A stretch of DNA of 64,000 nucleotides from Geopsychrobacteraceae bacterium. Its GTDB lineage: Bacteria > Desulfobacterota > Desulfuromonadia > Desulfuromonadales > Geopsychrobacteraceae. The notes under the pieces are model-generated. The model searched no databases, was not told where the DNA came from, and was given only the letters and a program-made list of their open reading frames with translations. Shown here in pieces: positions 39,391 through 49,613 of this stretch. Where the stretch lies: contig OY759353.1 in NCBI GenBank assembly GCA_963662315.1, positions 1,088,001 through 1,152,000 of the forward strand, read 5' to 3'. How positions within the stretch are numbered: the first letter of the stretch is position 1; every line of letters begins with the position of its first letter. Both the position numbers and the translations under genes were made by a program.

Positions 39391-40299
39391 TCAAGAGGTC
39401 CGTTCAACTATGTAGTCAGCGATGGCCCGCAATGGTTGAGCAAGTTCTGAAAACTCCTTAATTGCAGCACGTGCAATCTGCCGCAACTCCTCGGCCCGCT
39501 GCCGCGCGCCATCCAGACCAAGCAACGCCGGATAAGTCGCCTTTCCACGCTCAGTATCGCTACCAACATCCTTGCCTAAACTATCCTGATCCGCGACGAT
39601 ATCAAGAATATCATCAGCAACCTGAAAAGCCAGACCAATAGCTTCACCGTAACGTCTTAACGCCTGACGCTGTTCAGATCCGGCACGACCGATCACACAT
39701 CCTGTTTCCAAAGCTGCCAACAATAACGCGCCGGTCTTGTGAGTATGAATATATTCAAGGGTCGGCAGGTCAATCTCCTTCCCCTCAGACTCCATATCGA
39801 CAACCTGACCACCGACCATCCCCCGAGAGCCGGCACTCTTGGCTAGTAAATGAATGACTTCAATGGCTTGCTCACTACTGAGCCTGGCACCATTAACCGG
39901 TCCGGACAAAAGCAAAAATGCTTCGGTCAGCAAGGCGTCACCGGCAAGTATTGCTTTCGCTTCACCATAAACTTTATGGTTGGTCGGTTTTCCCCGACGA
40001 AAATCATCATCATCCATAGCCGGTAAATCATCATGTATCAATGAATAGCTATGTATCATTTCTATGGCACATGCAGCAGGAATAACATCGGCAGTGCTGC
40101 CGCCGACAGCTTCACACGCCGCCATCATCAAAACCGGTCGAATCCGTTTTCCCCCGGCAAAAACTGAATAGCGCATGGAACTATGCAGTGCAGCAGGCAG
40201 CGAATCCTTGCCCGGCAGATAAAGGTCAAGGGCATTTTCAACCAAACGCGACCGTTCCTCAAGATAAGCTTTCAGGTTAAAAGAATCACTCATTGTCAA
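39391..40299 (-). CDS. ispA: Farnesyl diphosphate synthase / geranyltranstransferase
   Basis: GGKRIRP, HSYSLIHDDLPAMDDDD, FQVADD and KATYP; xseB-ispA-dxs synteny. Confidence 0.95.
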   Translation of the reverse strand: MTMSDSFNLKAYLEERSRLVENALDLYLPGKDSLPAALHSSMRYSVFAGGKRIRPVLMMAACEAVGGSTADVIPAACAIEMIHSYSLIHDDLPAMDDDDFRRGKPTNHKVYGEAKAILAGDALLTEAFLLLSGPVNGARLSSEQAIEVIHLLAKSAGSRGMVGGQVVDMESEGKEIDLPTLEYIHTHKTGALLLAALETGCVIGRAGSEQRQALRRYGEAIGLAFQVADDILDIVADQDSLGKDVGSDTERGKATYPALLGLDGARQRAEELRQIARAAIKEFSELAQPLRAIADYIVERTS

Positions 40300-40513
40300 A
40301 AGGTTCCTGTTTTAATGTGCCATCATCCTGTTGCAATAAAATGCTAACCTTCAGCTCAACATCTTTCAACGCTTGGCGGCAAGCTTCGGCCTGTCTGACC
40401 CCGCCGGAAAAGACTTTAAGGGCCTGATCAAGACTCAGTTCACCGCTTTCCAGCTGAACGACAGCTTCTTCAAGCTTACGTAAAGCTGTTTCAAATCCTT
40501 TTGGTGCTGCCAT
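40286..40513 (-). CDS. xseB: Exodeoxyribonuclease VII small subunit
   Basis: FE.AL..LE..V..LESGELSL; synteny. Confidence 0.92.
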   Translation of the reverse strand: MAAPKGFETALRKLEEAVVQLESGELSLDQALKVFSGGVRQAEACRQALKDVELKVSILLQQDDGTLKQEPFDNE

Positions 40514-40627
40514 AGGGAACCTATATACTCCTTAGCAAAATAAAAAACATCAATACCTGTTAGTTTATATAGAAAGAATAATTATCGACAGTCATAGAGG
40601 TTATCGTCAAGGGAATTAGACAGAATA

Positions 40628-41824
40628 TTATTCACTTTTATCCTGTACAGATACCTTTAAACAACCAGCGGCAAGCATGACTTTCAGGGTATCCCCGATT
40701 TCAACTTCCGTCACTGAGGTGACCACCTGGTCATTCGCATCATTTTTGACAATTGCATACCCCCGACCCAATACCGCCAACGGCGACAATGCCTGTAACC
40801 GACCAGCCAAAGCGGCAAAAGCTCCAGACTTTTCGGTTAACAGTCGTTGCATGGCATGCTGCAATTGACGTGTCTGCTGTGATAATTTTTGTTGCTGCAA
40901 CCGAATAATATCCTGCGGAGGACGCAATCGGTTCTGCAATCCCGTCAAGCGGCTTTCCAGTAAAGACAATCGGCTTTTCATCTGGGTGGCCAGACGGAGT
41001 TCTAACTGATCAAGGTGTCGTTCAAGTTCAAGGCGATTTTTAGCGACCAATTCGGCAGCCGCACTCGGAGTCGGGGCACGCAGGTCGGCAACCATGTCCG
41101 CTATTGAATAATCGATCTCATGACCGACCGCAGAGATAACTGGTATTGTTGAAGCGGCAATAGCCCTGGCGACAATTTCTTCATTAAAGGCCCACAGATC
41201 TTCTCGCGAGCCCCCGCCCCTACCGACAATTAATACATCTGCGAGGCCCAGACGATTAAAGGTTTCAATAGCCGCAGCAATTTGTCTACCTGCGCCATCC
41301 CCCTGAACCAGAACCGGGAGCAGAAGAACCTGAAGACCTGAGGTACGCCGCCGCAAAACATTAAGAATATCACGAATAGCCGCTCCCGTAGAGGACGTCA
41401 CGATCCCAACCGTCTGAGGAAAATCAGGCAGAGGCTTTTTACGCTCAGCGGCAAACAACCCTGCTTGCTGAAGTTTATTCTTGAGCTGTTCATACGCAAG
41501 CTGCAACTGCCCTAAACCTTCCGGTTCGATATTGTCGACAATTAACTGCAGATCGCCGCGCTGAGGATAAATAGAGACACGGGCCTGACAGTAAACAGCC
41601 ATCCCTTCTTCAGGTCGGAAGCGCAAACCACGCAACTGGCCGCGGAACATCGCACAACGTAATTGAGCCTTGGCGTCTTTAAGAGTGAAATAACAATGAC
41701 CAGAAGCAGGGAAACTGACATTACTCAGTTCTCCTTTCACGAGAACATCGACAAAATTATCCTCCACCAGTTCCTGCAACAGGGAAATCAATGCAGATAC
41801 AGATAGAGCCGAAGTAAGATCCAT
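40628..41824 (-). CDS. xseA: Exodeoxyribonuclease VII large subunit
   Basis: SGHCYFTLKD, GRGGGS.EDL, SAVGHE.D and APTPSAAAE. Confidence 0.97.
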   Translation of the reverse strand: MDLTSALSVSALISLLQELVEDNFVDVLVKGELSNVSFPASGHCYFTLKDAKAQLRCAMFRGQLRGLRFRPEEGMAVYCQARVSIYPQRGDLQLIVDNIEPEGLGQLQLAYEQLKNKLQQAGLFAAERKKPLPDFPQTVGIVTSSTGAAIRDILNVLRRRTSGLQVLLLPVLVQGDGAGRQIAAAIETFNRLGLADVLIVGRGGGSREDLWAFNEEIVARAIAASTIPVISAVGHEIDYSIADMVADLRAPTPSAAAELVAKNRLELERHLDQLELRLATQMKSRLSLLESRLTGLQNRLRPPQDIIRLQQQKLSQQTRQLQHAMQRLLTEKSGAFAALAGRLQALSPLAVLGRGYAIVKNDANDQVVTSVTEVEIGDTLKVMLAAGCLKVSVQDKSE

Positions 41825-41879
41825 TAACAGGTCCTGTCATGCGCAAAAATCGAAGGTCACTAGTTAGCCGAATAGTCGC

Positions 41880-43067
41880 CTATTGATATAAATGAACGAT
41901 TTTTGAAGCCGCAACAAAATCAACCGGCTGTTCTTTCAACCAGGCTACTTCCTGCTCCAGAGCCTCAAAAGTTTCCTTGTAGGGATGACAGATGGCTATA
42001 ATCTCCCGATTTTTACTGGCCATACTCACCATCTTTCTGATTTGTTTACGTATATACGTAACATCTTCTTCGTTATCGAGAAAGATGTTGCGCGTCCCCG
42101 TGGCAAGCCCCATTTTTCTGGCCTCGTTAAAGGCTACGGAACTACCAATGGTGCGGCTATCAATAAAAAAGAAATTGTTCTTTTTAAGCTCTTCAAGGAC
42201 AACCTGCATGGCATGAGCATCTTCAGTAAAGCGTGATCCCATGTGATTATTGCTACCTACAGCACCGGGCAATTCGGCGATATAGGAGCGGACCAACTGC
42301 CGTTGTTGTTCGGGAGACTGTTCAACAAGCAAAGCATCTTTCCCAGGATTGGTTCGGGGATAACTGCGAGGCTGCATCGGCATATGAATCATGAATTCAT
42401 GGTTTGCTTCTTTTAGTATCTGTGAAGATTTCCGGGCAAATTCAGTCCCCGGCAAAATAGCAGGAGTAACAGGAATTCCCAGTTCGATCAATTTGCGAAC
42501 CTTATGCAACGATCCGCCCATATCATCCATGATAAGAGCGATGCGGCCCTGCTTGGCAGCCACTGTCCGCGGGATTTTATAACGCATTTCCAGACGTAAT
42601 TGCCCCTGCCAGAACAGACTGATGGTTCCACGCTGACGATCACTCTGCAACCGCGCCGGAGCCCCCGTCTGCAAAAGATGGGTATCTAATTCGGTCAGAA
42701 AAGCACTGCTGGGAAAATCACCAAAAATTTTCCGGATTTGAACATCACCTTCAGGCTCAAGCCGTTGCCATCCCATGGCGTCTGGCCCATTGATCAATTG
42801 TCGATCGACCAGTTCAAGGATCGCAGGAAAATCATAGTTTTTTTGTATCTTCTGCTCAATAATCCGCTGGGCGGGCTCTTCATAAACCATGGGTCGGGCA
42901 TCACTGAAACGCTCCCGTAAACCGACCAGGGCAAACAGACATACAATAACAAAGAGGATCAGAAATACTGAAGCAAGAACGATTCTTAGCGACTGACTCA
43001 ACTCTTTTCTGGAGTCTTTTTTAGGCGTTACTGTCTTCTTTCCACGAGCTGTCTTTTTTGTTGCCAT
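41880..43067 (-). CDS. Divergent polysaccharide deacetylase family protein (YibQ-like)
   Basis: IALIMDDMG, H.PMQP, NNHMGS, FIDSRT, FLDN and AICHP. Confidence 0.9.
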   Translation of the reverse strand: MATKKTARGKKTVTPKKDSRKELSQSLRIVLASVFLILFVIVCLFALVGLRERFSDARPMVYEEPAQRIIEQKIQKNYDFPAILELVDRQLINGPDAMGWQRLEPEGDVQIRKIFGDFPSSAFLTELDTHLLQTGAPARLQSDRQRGTISLFWQGQLRLEMRYKIPRTVAAKQGRIALIMDDMGGSLHKVRKLIELGIPVTPAILPGTEFARKSSQILKEANHEFMIHMPMQPRSYPRTNPGKDALLVEQSPEQQRQLVRSYIAELPGAVGSNNHMGSRFTEDAHAMQVVLEELKKNNFFFIDSRTIGSSVAFNEARKMGLATGTRNIFLDNEEDVTYIRKQIRKMVSMASKNREIIAICHPYKETFEALEQEVAWLKEQPVDFVAASKIVHLYQ

Positions 43068-43113
43068 GTCAAACCATCAATCTTGAATTATAGACTCCAA
43101 ACGAGTCTGAAGT

Positions 43114-44382
43114 TTAATGCCGGGTAAGAATCGTCAGCCCCTTTAACAGCTCCACAGCGCGCTGTAGCTGATAATCATCAGAGAGGTCCTTAACATTCGT
43201 CGCCTCTCGGTCAGCAACCTCAACCTCATTGGAGGGGACAGTCGGCTGAAAATGGTTCTGAAGATCTGTTTCTCGAACACCGTTGTCAGAATGATCGAAC
43301 AGCCCCTGCTGGCGCGGAACAAGGATATCTGGAGAGATGCCAAGCGCCTGAATAGAACGCCCGTTGGGAGTAAAATAACGAGCAGTTGTTAATTTTAGCC
43401 CAGAATCATCACTCATGGGAATCATCGTCTGAACGGAACCTTTGCCGAAACTTTGCTCCCCCATAATGACAGCACGCCCATGATCCTGCAGAGCACCGCT
43501 GACGATTTCCGCAGCACTGGCGCTGCCACCGTTAATCAGGACGATTAACGGGTAATCCGGCTCGGTATTTTCAGGATGGGCGCGAAATTCAAGTTGTGAC
43601 TGGGGATCTCTGCCTTGGGTGTAAACAATCAAGCCAGTATCAATAAACAAGTCACTGACTGCCACCGCTTGTTCCAGAAGGCCACCGGGATTATTCCTCA
43701 AATCAAGAATAACCCCCTGTAATTTCTGATCGGGTCTACTCTTTTTAAGGGCAGCGAGTTCTTCTATAAGCTCATCCGAGGTTCTATCCTGAAATTGAGC
43801 GATGCGCACATAGCCGTAACGTTCTTCTAAAAGCTGCCCTTTTACACTGACAATCTGAATCATTTCACGAACTAGATTAAGAGCGATTGGTTCAATAACT
43901 CCGGGACGTTTAATTAATAATTTAACAGGTTTGCCTTCTGGTCCCCGGAGCATGGCCACAGCTTCCATGACGTCTATATCTGCAGTTGAAACTTCATCGA
44001 TTGCCACAATTTCATCCCCTGATTGAATTCCAGCCTTATCCGCTGGAGTCCCCTCAATGGGAGAAACCACCAACAATGAATTATTCTGCAGGGTTATTTC
44101 AATACCAAGGCCACCAAACTCACCATGGGTATCAGCCTCCATTTCCAAAAACATTTCCGGGGTTAAGAAACTGCTATGGGGGTCAAGGGTCGCTAGCATG
44201 CCACGGACAGCACCATAAATAAGCTGTTTTGAGTCGACCTCTTCAACATAATTGGCACGAATCAGAGAATAAATATCAGTAAAAATTTCAAGATTCTTAT
44301 AGTCCTCATCTGCCGCACAAAGGGGCGAGGCAATGGATGCCAGAAAAAACAGACTAATAATTATATATTTATAGATAGGCAT
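43114..44382 (-). CDS. ctpA: S41 family carboxyl-terminal processing protease
   Basis: LDPHS, PDZ domain, DLRNNPGG, SASAAEI and FGKGSVQ. Confidence 0.93.
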   Translation of the reverse strand: MPIYKYIIISLFFLASIASPLCAADEDYKNLEIFTDIYSLIRANYVEEVDSKQLIYGAVRGMLATLDPHSSFLTPEMFLEMEADTHGEFGGLGIEITLQNNSLLVVSPIEGTPADKAGIQSGDEIVAIDEVSTADIDVMEAVAMLRGPEGKPVKLLIKRPGVIEPIALNLVREMIQIVSVKGQLLEERYGYVRIAQFQDRTSDELIEELAALKKSRPDQKLQGVILDLRNNPGGLLEQAVAVSDLFIDTGLIVYTQGRDPQSQLEFRAHPENTEPDYPLIVLINGGSASAAEIVSGALQDHGRAVIMGEQSFGKGSVQTMIPMSDDSGLKLTTARYFTPNGRSIQALGISPDILVPRQQGLFDHSDNGVRETDLQNHFQPTVPSNEVEVADREATNVKDLSDDYQLQRAVELLKGLTILTRH

Positions 44383-44396
44383 GACATTTCCTTATA

Positions 44397-45572
44397 TCAG
44401 CGCCGTTTTAGCCAGCTTAAAGGATTAACAGGTGAGCCATTTTTGCGAATTTCAAAATACACGCTATCTCTGCCTGCCAGACCACTGTATCCCAACACAT
44501 CCCCGGCGGATACAGCATCACCGGTTTTTTTCTGCATTCTGTCAGTATGTGCATAAAGAGTATGATAACCACCTGGGTGACTAACGATAACCAGATTACC
44601 ATAACCTTTAAAATAATCAGCAAAAACGACTTTTCCTCCCGCTACGGCTTTGACTGCCTGCCCTTGGGGAGAAGCAATTTCAATACCATTACTTTCGTAA
44701 TAAGTTCCAAGTTTAGCGTCACGTTGCGTACCAAAGACAATGACAACCTGTCCCTGTAGCGGCCATCCCAGTTTCCCCCTGCCAATGGCAAAATCAGTAG
44801 CAACCGAACCACTATCCGGGGCAGACCTTATGGTTTCTACAGGTTTGGCCACCTCTTGCCGAGATATCTTATCGATCAGCTCTTTTAAAGCTTTCTCTTT
44901 TTCACGTAGAACATCAAGCTGCTGTTTCAAGCTGGCTTTATCTTTTTCAGCCTGCCCAAGTAACCTGCGTTGAAGTGTTCTTGCCTGCGCAGCAATGTCG
45001 TATTGTTCCTGTTCTTTTGCGACCGTCTTGCGATGGGCACTTTCAAGAGTCTCAAGTTCATTTAATTTCATCCTCTGCTCAGCCAGAGCGTTGCGGTAAT
45101 TATCAAGTAATTCGTTATCGCGCTGCAGAACCCTGGTCAGATATTGATATTGCTGCACCATCTCGGTTGGTGATTCTGCAGAAAAAAGGATTTTCAAAGG
45201 GCCAATTTCCCCCTCTTTATAAAGAACAACAAGACGTTTCTCAAGACGCTGACGACTGGTAGTGACGGCTCTCTGACTTTTATTGATGGAGACTTCCTGC
45301 TCACGAATTTTTGTCCTGAGTTCGGCCTGCTCCTTTTTAACCGCATTAAGCCGTTGATCAATGCGCTGCAGATTACGCTTAAGCAAAGCCAATTCTCGTG
45401 CCAAATCCAGCTCTACCTTCGCTTTATCCTTTAACGCACGTTCGGCTTTATCTATCCGTTCAGCAACCTGTTTAAGCTGAATTCTATTTTCATCAGGATC
45501 GGCGGCCAAGCACATGGTGCTTAAGCAATAAAGAGCAACAACCACAAGAAGAGAGATTCTGGTAAACATCAT
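44397..45572 (-). CDS. envC: Murein hydrolase activator EnvC family (coiled coil + degenerate M23)
   Basis: Signal peptide, long coiled coil, C-terminal M23 (GYGNLVIVSH, YFEIR); follows ftsEX. Confidence 0.88.
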   Translation of the reverse strand: MMFTRISLLVVVALYCLSTMCLAADPDENRIQLKQVAERIDKAERALKDKAKVELDLARELALLKRNLQRIDQRLNAVKKEQAELRTKIREQEVSINKSQRAVTTSRQRLEKRLVVLYKEGEIGPLKILFSAESPTEMVQQYQYLTRVLQRDNELLDNYRNALAEQRMKLNELETLESAHRKTVAKEQEQYDIAAQARTLQRRLLGQAEKDKASLKQQLDVLREKEKALKELIDKISRQEVAKPVETIRSAPDSGSVATDFAIGRGKLGWPLQGQVVIVFGTQRDAKLGTYYESNGIEIASPQGQAVKAVAGGKVVFADYFKGYGNLVIVSHPGGYHTLYAHTDRMQKKTGDAVSAGDVLGYSGLAGRDSVYFEIRKNGSPVNPLSWLKRR

Positions 45573-46468
45573 TAGATTCGCACAAAACGACGCAACGAAG
45601 AAAGACTGCCCAAAACACCAAGCAACGCCCCGGAGAAGATCAGAATCAACTGTTGCGAAAAGGTCAGAAACAGCAGATCAAAGTCTGTGGGGGTTAACCA
45701 AAAGCTATGAAGGCTACGAGCTATAATCAGGGAATAAGACAACCCAAGAAACACCAGAGACAGCACACCGCCGACCAAACCCTGGATAGCACCCTCCAAC
45801 ATAAAAGGAATCTTTATGAAGCGCATGGTCGCTCCGACCAACGCCATGATCTCAAGTTCGTCACGCCGTGCGTACAAGGTCAGTTTTATCGTATTTGACA
45901 CGATAAACAGCGCTGCCAACAGCAAGAACCCCCCAAGGATCATACCCACATAGCGCAACATATGGACAAAATTATTAAAACGCTGCAGCCACTCCTGACC
46001 GTAGCGCAGATCCTGAGTACCCAATAAACCTTCCAGCGTAGTTATAAACGCAGAGATACCTTCCTGATTGCGGTACTGGGGATGTAAAGAGATTTCAAAA
46101 GACGCTGGCAGAATGCTTGAACTGACCCCCTCCAACAATCCCTTATCATCGCCGAGACGTTCTTTAAAGCGTGACATGGCCTCTTCCTGAGAGACGTAGA
46201 TAATGTCTTCAACTTCAGGATTATCCTTGATCTTTTTTACCAGCGCAGGAAGTTCAGACTGAGATGGGGCGTTTTCAAGATAAGCGATAACCTGTATCTC
46301 TGAAGTCCAACGTTTGGCGAGCTGCTCAACATTTACGACAACCAGGAAAAAGGTAGCAACGGTTGCCAAGGCAACGGCCATGGTCAGAATTGAGGCGATA
46401 CAAAGAAAAGGCCACTGACGCATATTACGCAGTGCCCGTACAATGAAATATCTGAGACTTTCCAGCAC
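45572..46468 (-). CDS. ftsX: Cell division permease FtsX
   Basis: NTIKL...RRDELEIM.LVGAT..FI..PF.LEG. Confidence 0.95.
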   Translation of the reverse strand: MLESLRYFIVRALRNMRQWPFLCIASILTMAVALATVATFFLVVVNVEQLAKRWTSEIQVIAYLENAPSQSELPALVKKIKDNPEVEDIIYVSQEEAMSRFKERLGDDKGLLEGVSSSILPASFEISLHPQYRNQEGISAFITTLEGLLGTQDLRYGQEWLQRFNNFVHMLRYVGMILGGFLLLAALFIVSNTIKLTLYARRDELEIMALVGATMRFIKIPFMLEGAIQGLVGGVLSLVFLGLSYSLIIARSLHSFWLTPTDFDLLFLTFSQQLILIFSGALLGVLGSLSSLRRFVRI

Positions 46469-46526
46469 AGCTGGCCCCTCCGGTGAGTTGGAATAGGTTT
46501 AGGTGAGAAAGTTCTTAACACGAAAA

Positions 46527-47201
46527 TTATAGCTGAAGGGGCTGCTGATCACCAATCAGTTTTCCTTGATCAAGAGTGATAACTCGCCGTGGAAAACGAC
46601 GATTCAGGTCATGATCATGAGTCGCAAGTAAAACCGTTGTACCTCTGGCGTTGGCGCGTTTAAACAGCTCCATAATCTCCATGGTAACCTCGTGATCAAG
46701 GTTACCACTGGGCTCATCAGCCAACAAAATCAGTGGATCGACGACCAGGGCACGTGCGATGGCAATGCGCTGTTGCTCACCACCGGATAGCTCAAGTGGT
46801 TTCCTCTGCAAACGATGCTCTAAACCGACTTCCTTCAGAGCCTGATAAACCTTTTTGCTGACTTCAAAGCGCTTTTTCCCCTGTGCCTCCAGGGCAAAAG
46901 CAACATTTTCATAAACAGTCCGGCTATGAAGCAGCTTGAAGTCCTGGAAAACGACGCCGATTTTACGGCGCAAGTATGGAATCTGAGAACTGCGGATGCG
47001 GGAGACATTCTGCCGGTCGATCAGAATCTGCCCACGGGTAGGTTTTTCAGCAGCGTAAAGCATCCGGAGAAAGGTCGACTTCCCTGCTCCGGACGCTCCG
47101 GTCACGTAAACAAAATCCCCCTTGGGGATTTGCAGAGTCAGATCCTTGATGGCAACAGAGTCACTCGAATATTTTTTTGTCACATTATAGAGTTGAATCA
47201 T
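46527..47201 (-). CDS. ftsE: Cell division ATP-binding protein FtsE
   Basis: [26 protein letters not shown] and ADEPSGNLD. Confidence 0.96.
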   Translation of the reverse strand: MIQLYNVTKKYSSDSVAIKDLTLQIPKGDFVYVTGASGAGKSTFLRMLYAAEKPTRGQILIDRQNVSRIRSSQIPYLRRKIGVVFQDFKLLHSRTVYENVAFALEAQGKKRFEVSKKVYQALKEVGLEHRLQRKPLELSGGEQQRIAIARALVVDPLILLADEPSGNLDHEVTMEIMELFKRANARGTTVLLATHDHDLNRRFPRRVITLDQGKLIGDQQPLQL

Positions 47202-47266
47202 TGGCCACTACTAACTGGTCTTAATACTAAAACCATGAATACAAGGAAATACTCGCAAACGGTCTT

Positions 47267-48268
47267 TTAACCCTGAGCCTGAACTGCAGTAATGGCTGTA
47301 ACGTTAACAATATCTTCAACAGAACAGCCACGGGACAGATCATTAACAGGCTTGGCAAGCCCCTGAATAACAGGACCAACCGCTTCGGCACCTGCGAAAC
47401 GCTGAACCAGCTTATAGCCGATATTACCAGCGTCAAGATCAGGGAAAACAAAGGTATTCGCTTTACCGGCAACTGTTGAACCTGGAGCTTTCTTGGTGGC
47501 GACACTCGGGATGATAGCAGCATCGGCCTGGAGTTCACCATCAATTGCCAATTCAGGAGCAAGTTTCTTGGCAATTTCAACAGCTTCGATAACCTTGTTG
47601 CAGTCATCATGCTTGGCACTGCCTTTAGTTGAAAAACTCAACATGGCAACCCGGGCATCGACGCCCAGGAAACTCTTGCAACTGGCAGCTGTACTGACCG
47701 CAATTTCAGCCAGAGCCTGAGCATCAGGGTTCGGGTTAACGGCGCAGTCAGCAAAACACATAACCCCATTTTCGCCAAACTCAGGAGTTTTAGTCACCAT
47801 CAGGAAGACAGAAGAAACGGTTTTCATTCCTGGGGCAGTACCAACTACCTGAAAAGCGGCACGTAACACATCCCCAGTGGTATTGTACGCACCGGCAACT
47901 GCGCCACCGGCAGCACCTTTACGAACCATCATTGCGCCAAAGAACAGATTGTCATCTGCGGTTAGAAGTGCCTTAGCGTCTTCCCGGGACAAACCTTTTT
48001 TCTTGCGCAATTCAACCAGTTCATCAACGTAATCTTCAAGCAGATCTGAAGTCTTAGGGTCAATTAAAGTAACACCGGCAAGGGAAACTCCAAGCTCAGC
48101 AGCCTTGGCGTTAAGAGCATCAGGATTGCCAAGCAGCACAACATTGGCAAGGTTATCAGCAACAACCTGTGCAGAAGCCTGAATCATACGATCATCATAT
48201 CCTTCAGGTAAAACGACTGTCTGGACGTTTGTCTTGGCTTTCTCTTTGATTTGATCAACAAGATGCAT
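47267..48268 (-). CDS. pta: Phosphate acetyltransferase (short form)
   Basis: VLPEG.D.R, FADCA, AMLSFST.GS, DGELQADAA and QGLAKPVNDLSRGC. Confidence 0.96.
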   Translation of the reverse strand: MHLVDQIKEKAKTNVQTVVLPEGYDDRMIQASAQVVADNLANVVLLGNPDALNAKAAELGVSLAGVTLIDPKTSDLLEDYVDELVELRKKKGLSREDAKALLTADDNLFFGAMMVRKGAAGGAVAGAYNTTGDVLRAAFQVVGTAPGMKTVSSVFLMVTKTPEFGENGVMCFADCAVNPNPDAQALAEIAVSTAASCKSFLGVDARVAMLSFSTKGSAKHDDCNKVIEAVEIAKKLAPELAIDGELQADAAIIPSVATKKAPGSTVAGKANTFVFPDLDAGNIGYKLVQRFAGAEAVGPVIQGLAKPVNDLSRGCSVEDIVNVTAITAVQAQG

Positions 48269-48419
48269 ACTTTCCTCCTCTAGAATGATGCAAATTAAAT
48301 CTTGAATAATTAAACCTGCAGCGTATCGTTATACAAATTGGTACGGCGAGGGTCAATCCTTTTCCTTGCAAAAGGCACGGTCTTCAAGAGACTAGCTGAA
48401 CACCGCTGAACACATTATA

Positions 48420-49511
48420 ATGACAGACATTATGACTCATCAGAAAATGACACGCCACCCAAACAATCGCACGCGACTCTTTTACGTCTGCCTGCTGTCC
48501 TCCTTAGTCCTTCATGTCTTGATGGCTATCGGTGTTTATTATTACCAACCGTCAGAGATTCCACGAACACAAAAGGAAACGACAACGGTTAAATTGGTAA
48601 ACAAACCAATTATAAAACAGAAAGAAGACCCACTCTCCCAGAAAAAGAAAGATCAATACGAGTTAGACCCTCTTCCTGTCCCACCTGCAAAAAAAGAGGC
48701 TGACAAAATTGAACGTGAAGGGAGGGAGAAAACGGTTGAAACACATCGCAAATCAGACCACGATCAATGGGTTGAAAAAGAGCAGGCCCGGTCAGGGCAA
48801 GACAATGTTGATGAGACTAAAATCCCGTCAAACCTCGCTGTGTCTTCAAAATTAAACAACACCCAGGAATCAAACACGGTGAGTAGCAGGCCAAAAGAAG
48901 AATCTAAGGCTATTAATAACATTACTCCCAAACCGGACTCCCCTGAAGGAAAACACATTTCTTCTCCGGGTCAAAAGGTTGTTGTCCCCTCTCCTCCACA
49001 ATCTAAGCCAACGGAAGAATCACCACAGCAGCCAGTAATCCCATTAAATAATCTTTTTCCTGACAGGCAGACTCTTAACCGTATTGCACAGGGAAAACTT
49101 GGCTACCAAGACCTAACCCAAAAACGCGAGGATATTGCTAGCGGCGATATTACCTGGCTCAATCTTCAGTCAGGGCCCCTGGCTTCATTTTTTCGCAGGT
49201 TTAACAATAGGATTGAAATGGTTTGGAACTACCCCCGAGAAGCAATAAAGGACAAACTTCAGGGAACTGTTGAGCTTCTAATCATTATCAATAAAGAGGG
49301 CGAGCTGATCGATGTTTTGCCGATCAAAAGCAGCGGGGCAGATATTTTGGATCTACAAGCAATCGAAGCAGTATACGCAGCGGCACCATTTGGCCCGCTC
49401 GGCAAATACTACCAACAGAACACTGTTAAAATTAGAGCGCATTTCACATACTTTTTTATAGATGAAGCACCTCGACGCTACATCTACGGCCTAAAGTCTC
49501 CATTCCTATAA
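48420..49511 (+). CDS. TonB family energy transducer
   Basis: N-terminal TM with SxxLH, Pro/Lys-rich linker, C-terminal WNYP..A...SSG...LD..A domain. Confidence 0.8.
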   Translation: MTDIMTHQKMTRHPNNRTRLFYVCLLSSLVLHVLMAIGVYYYQPSEIPRTQKETTTVKLVNKPIIKQKEDPLSQKKKDQYELDPLPVPPAKKEADKIEREGREKTVETHRKSDHDQWVEKEQARSGQDNVDETKIPSNLAVSSKLNNTQESNTVSSRPKEESKAINNITPKPDSPEGKHISSPGQKVVVPSPPQSKPTEESPQQPVIPLNNLFPDRQTLNRIAQGKLGYQDLTQKREDIASGDITWLNLQSGPLASFFRRFNNRIEMVWNYPREAIKDKLQGTVELLIIINKEGELIDVLPIKSSGADILDLQAIEAVYAAAPFGPLGKYYQQNTVKIRAHFTYFFIDEAPRRYIYGLKSPFL

Positions 49512-49613
49512 AAATCAGGAACTTAAACAATCAATTATAAATCAAATTATTAACAGTTAAAAACATCGCTGCTCTGTCTCAAAAATAATTGTATAATGCG
49601 AAAAAGCTGCAAC

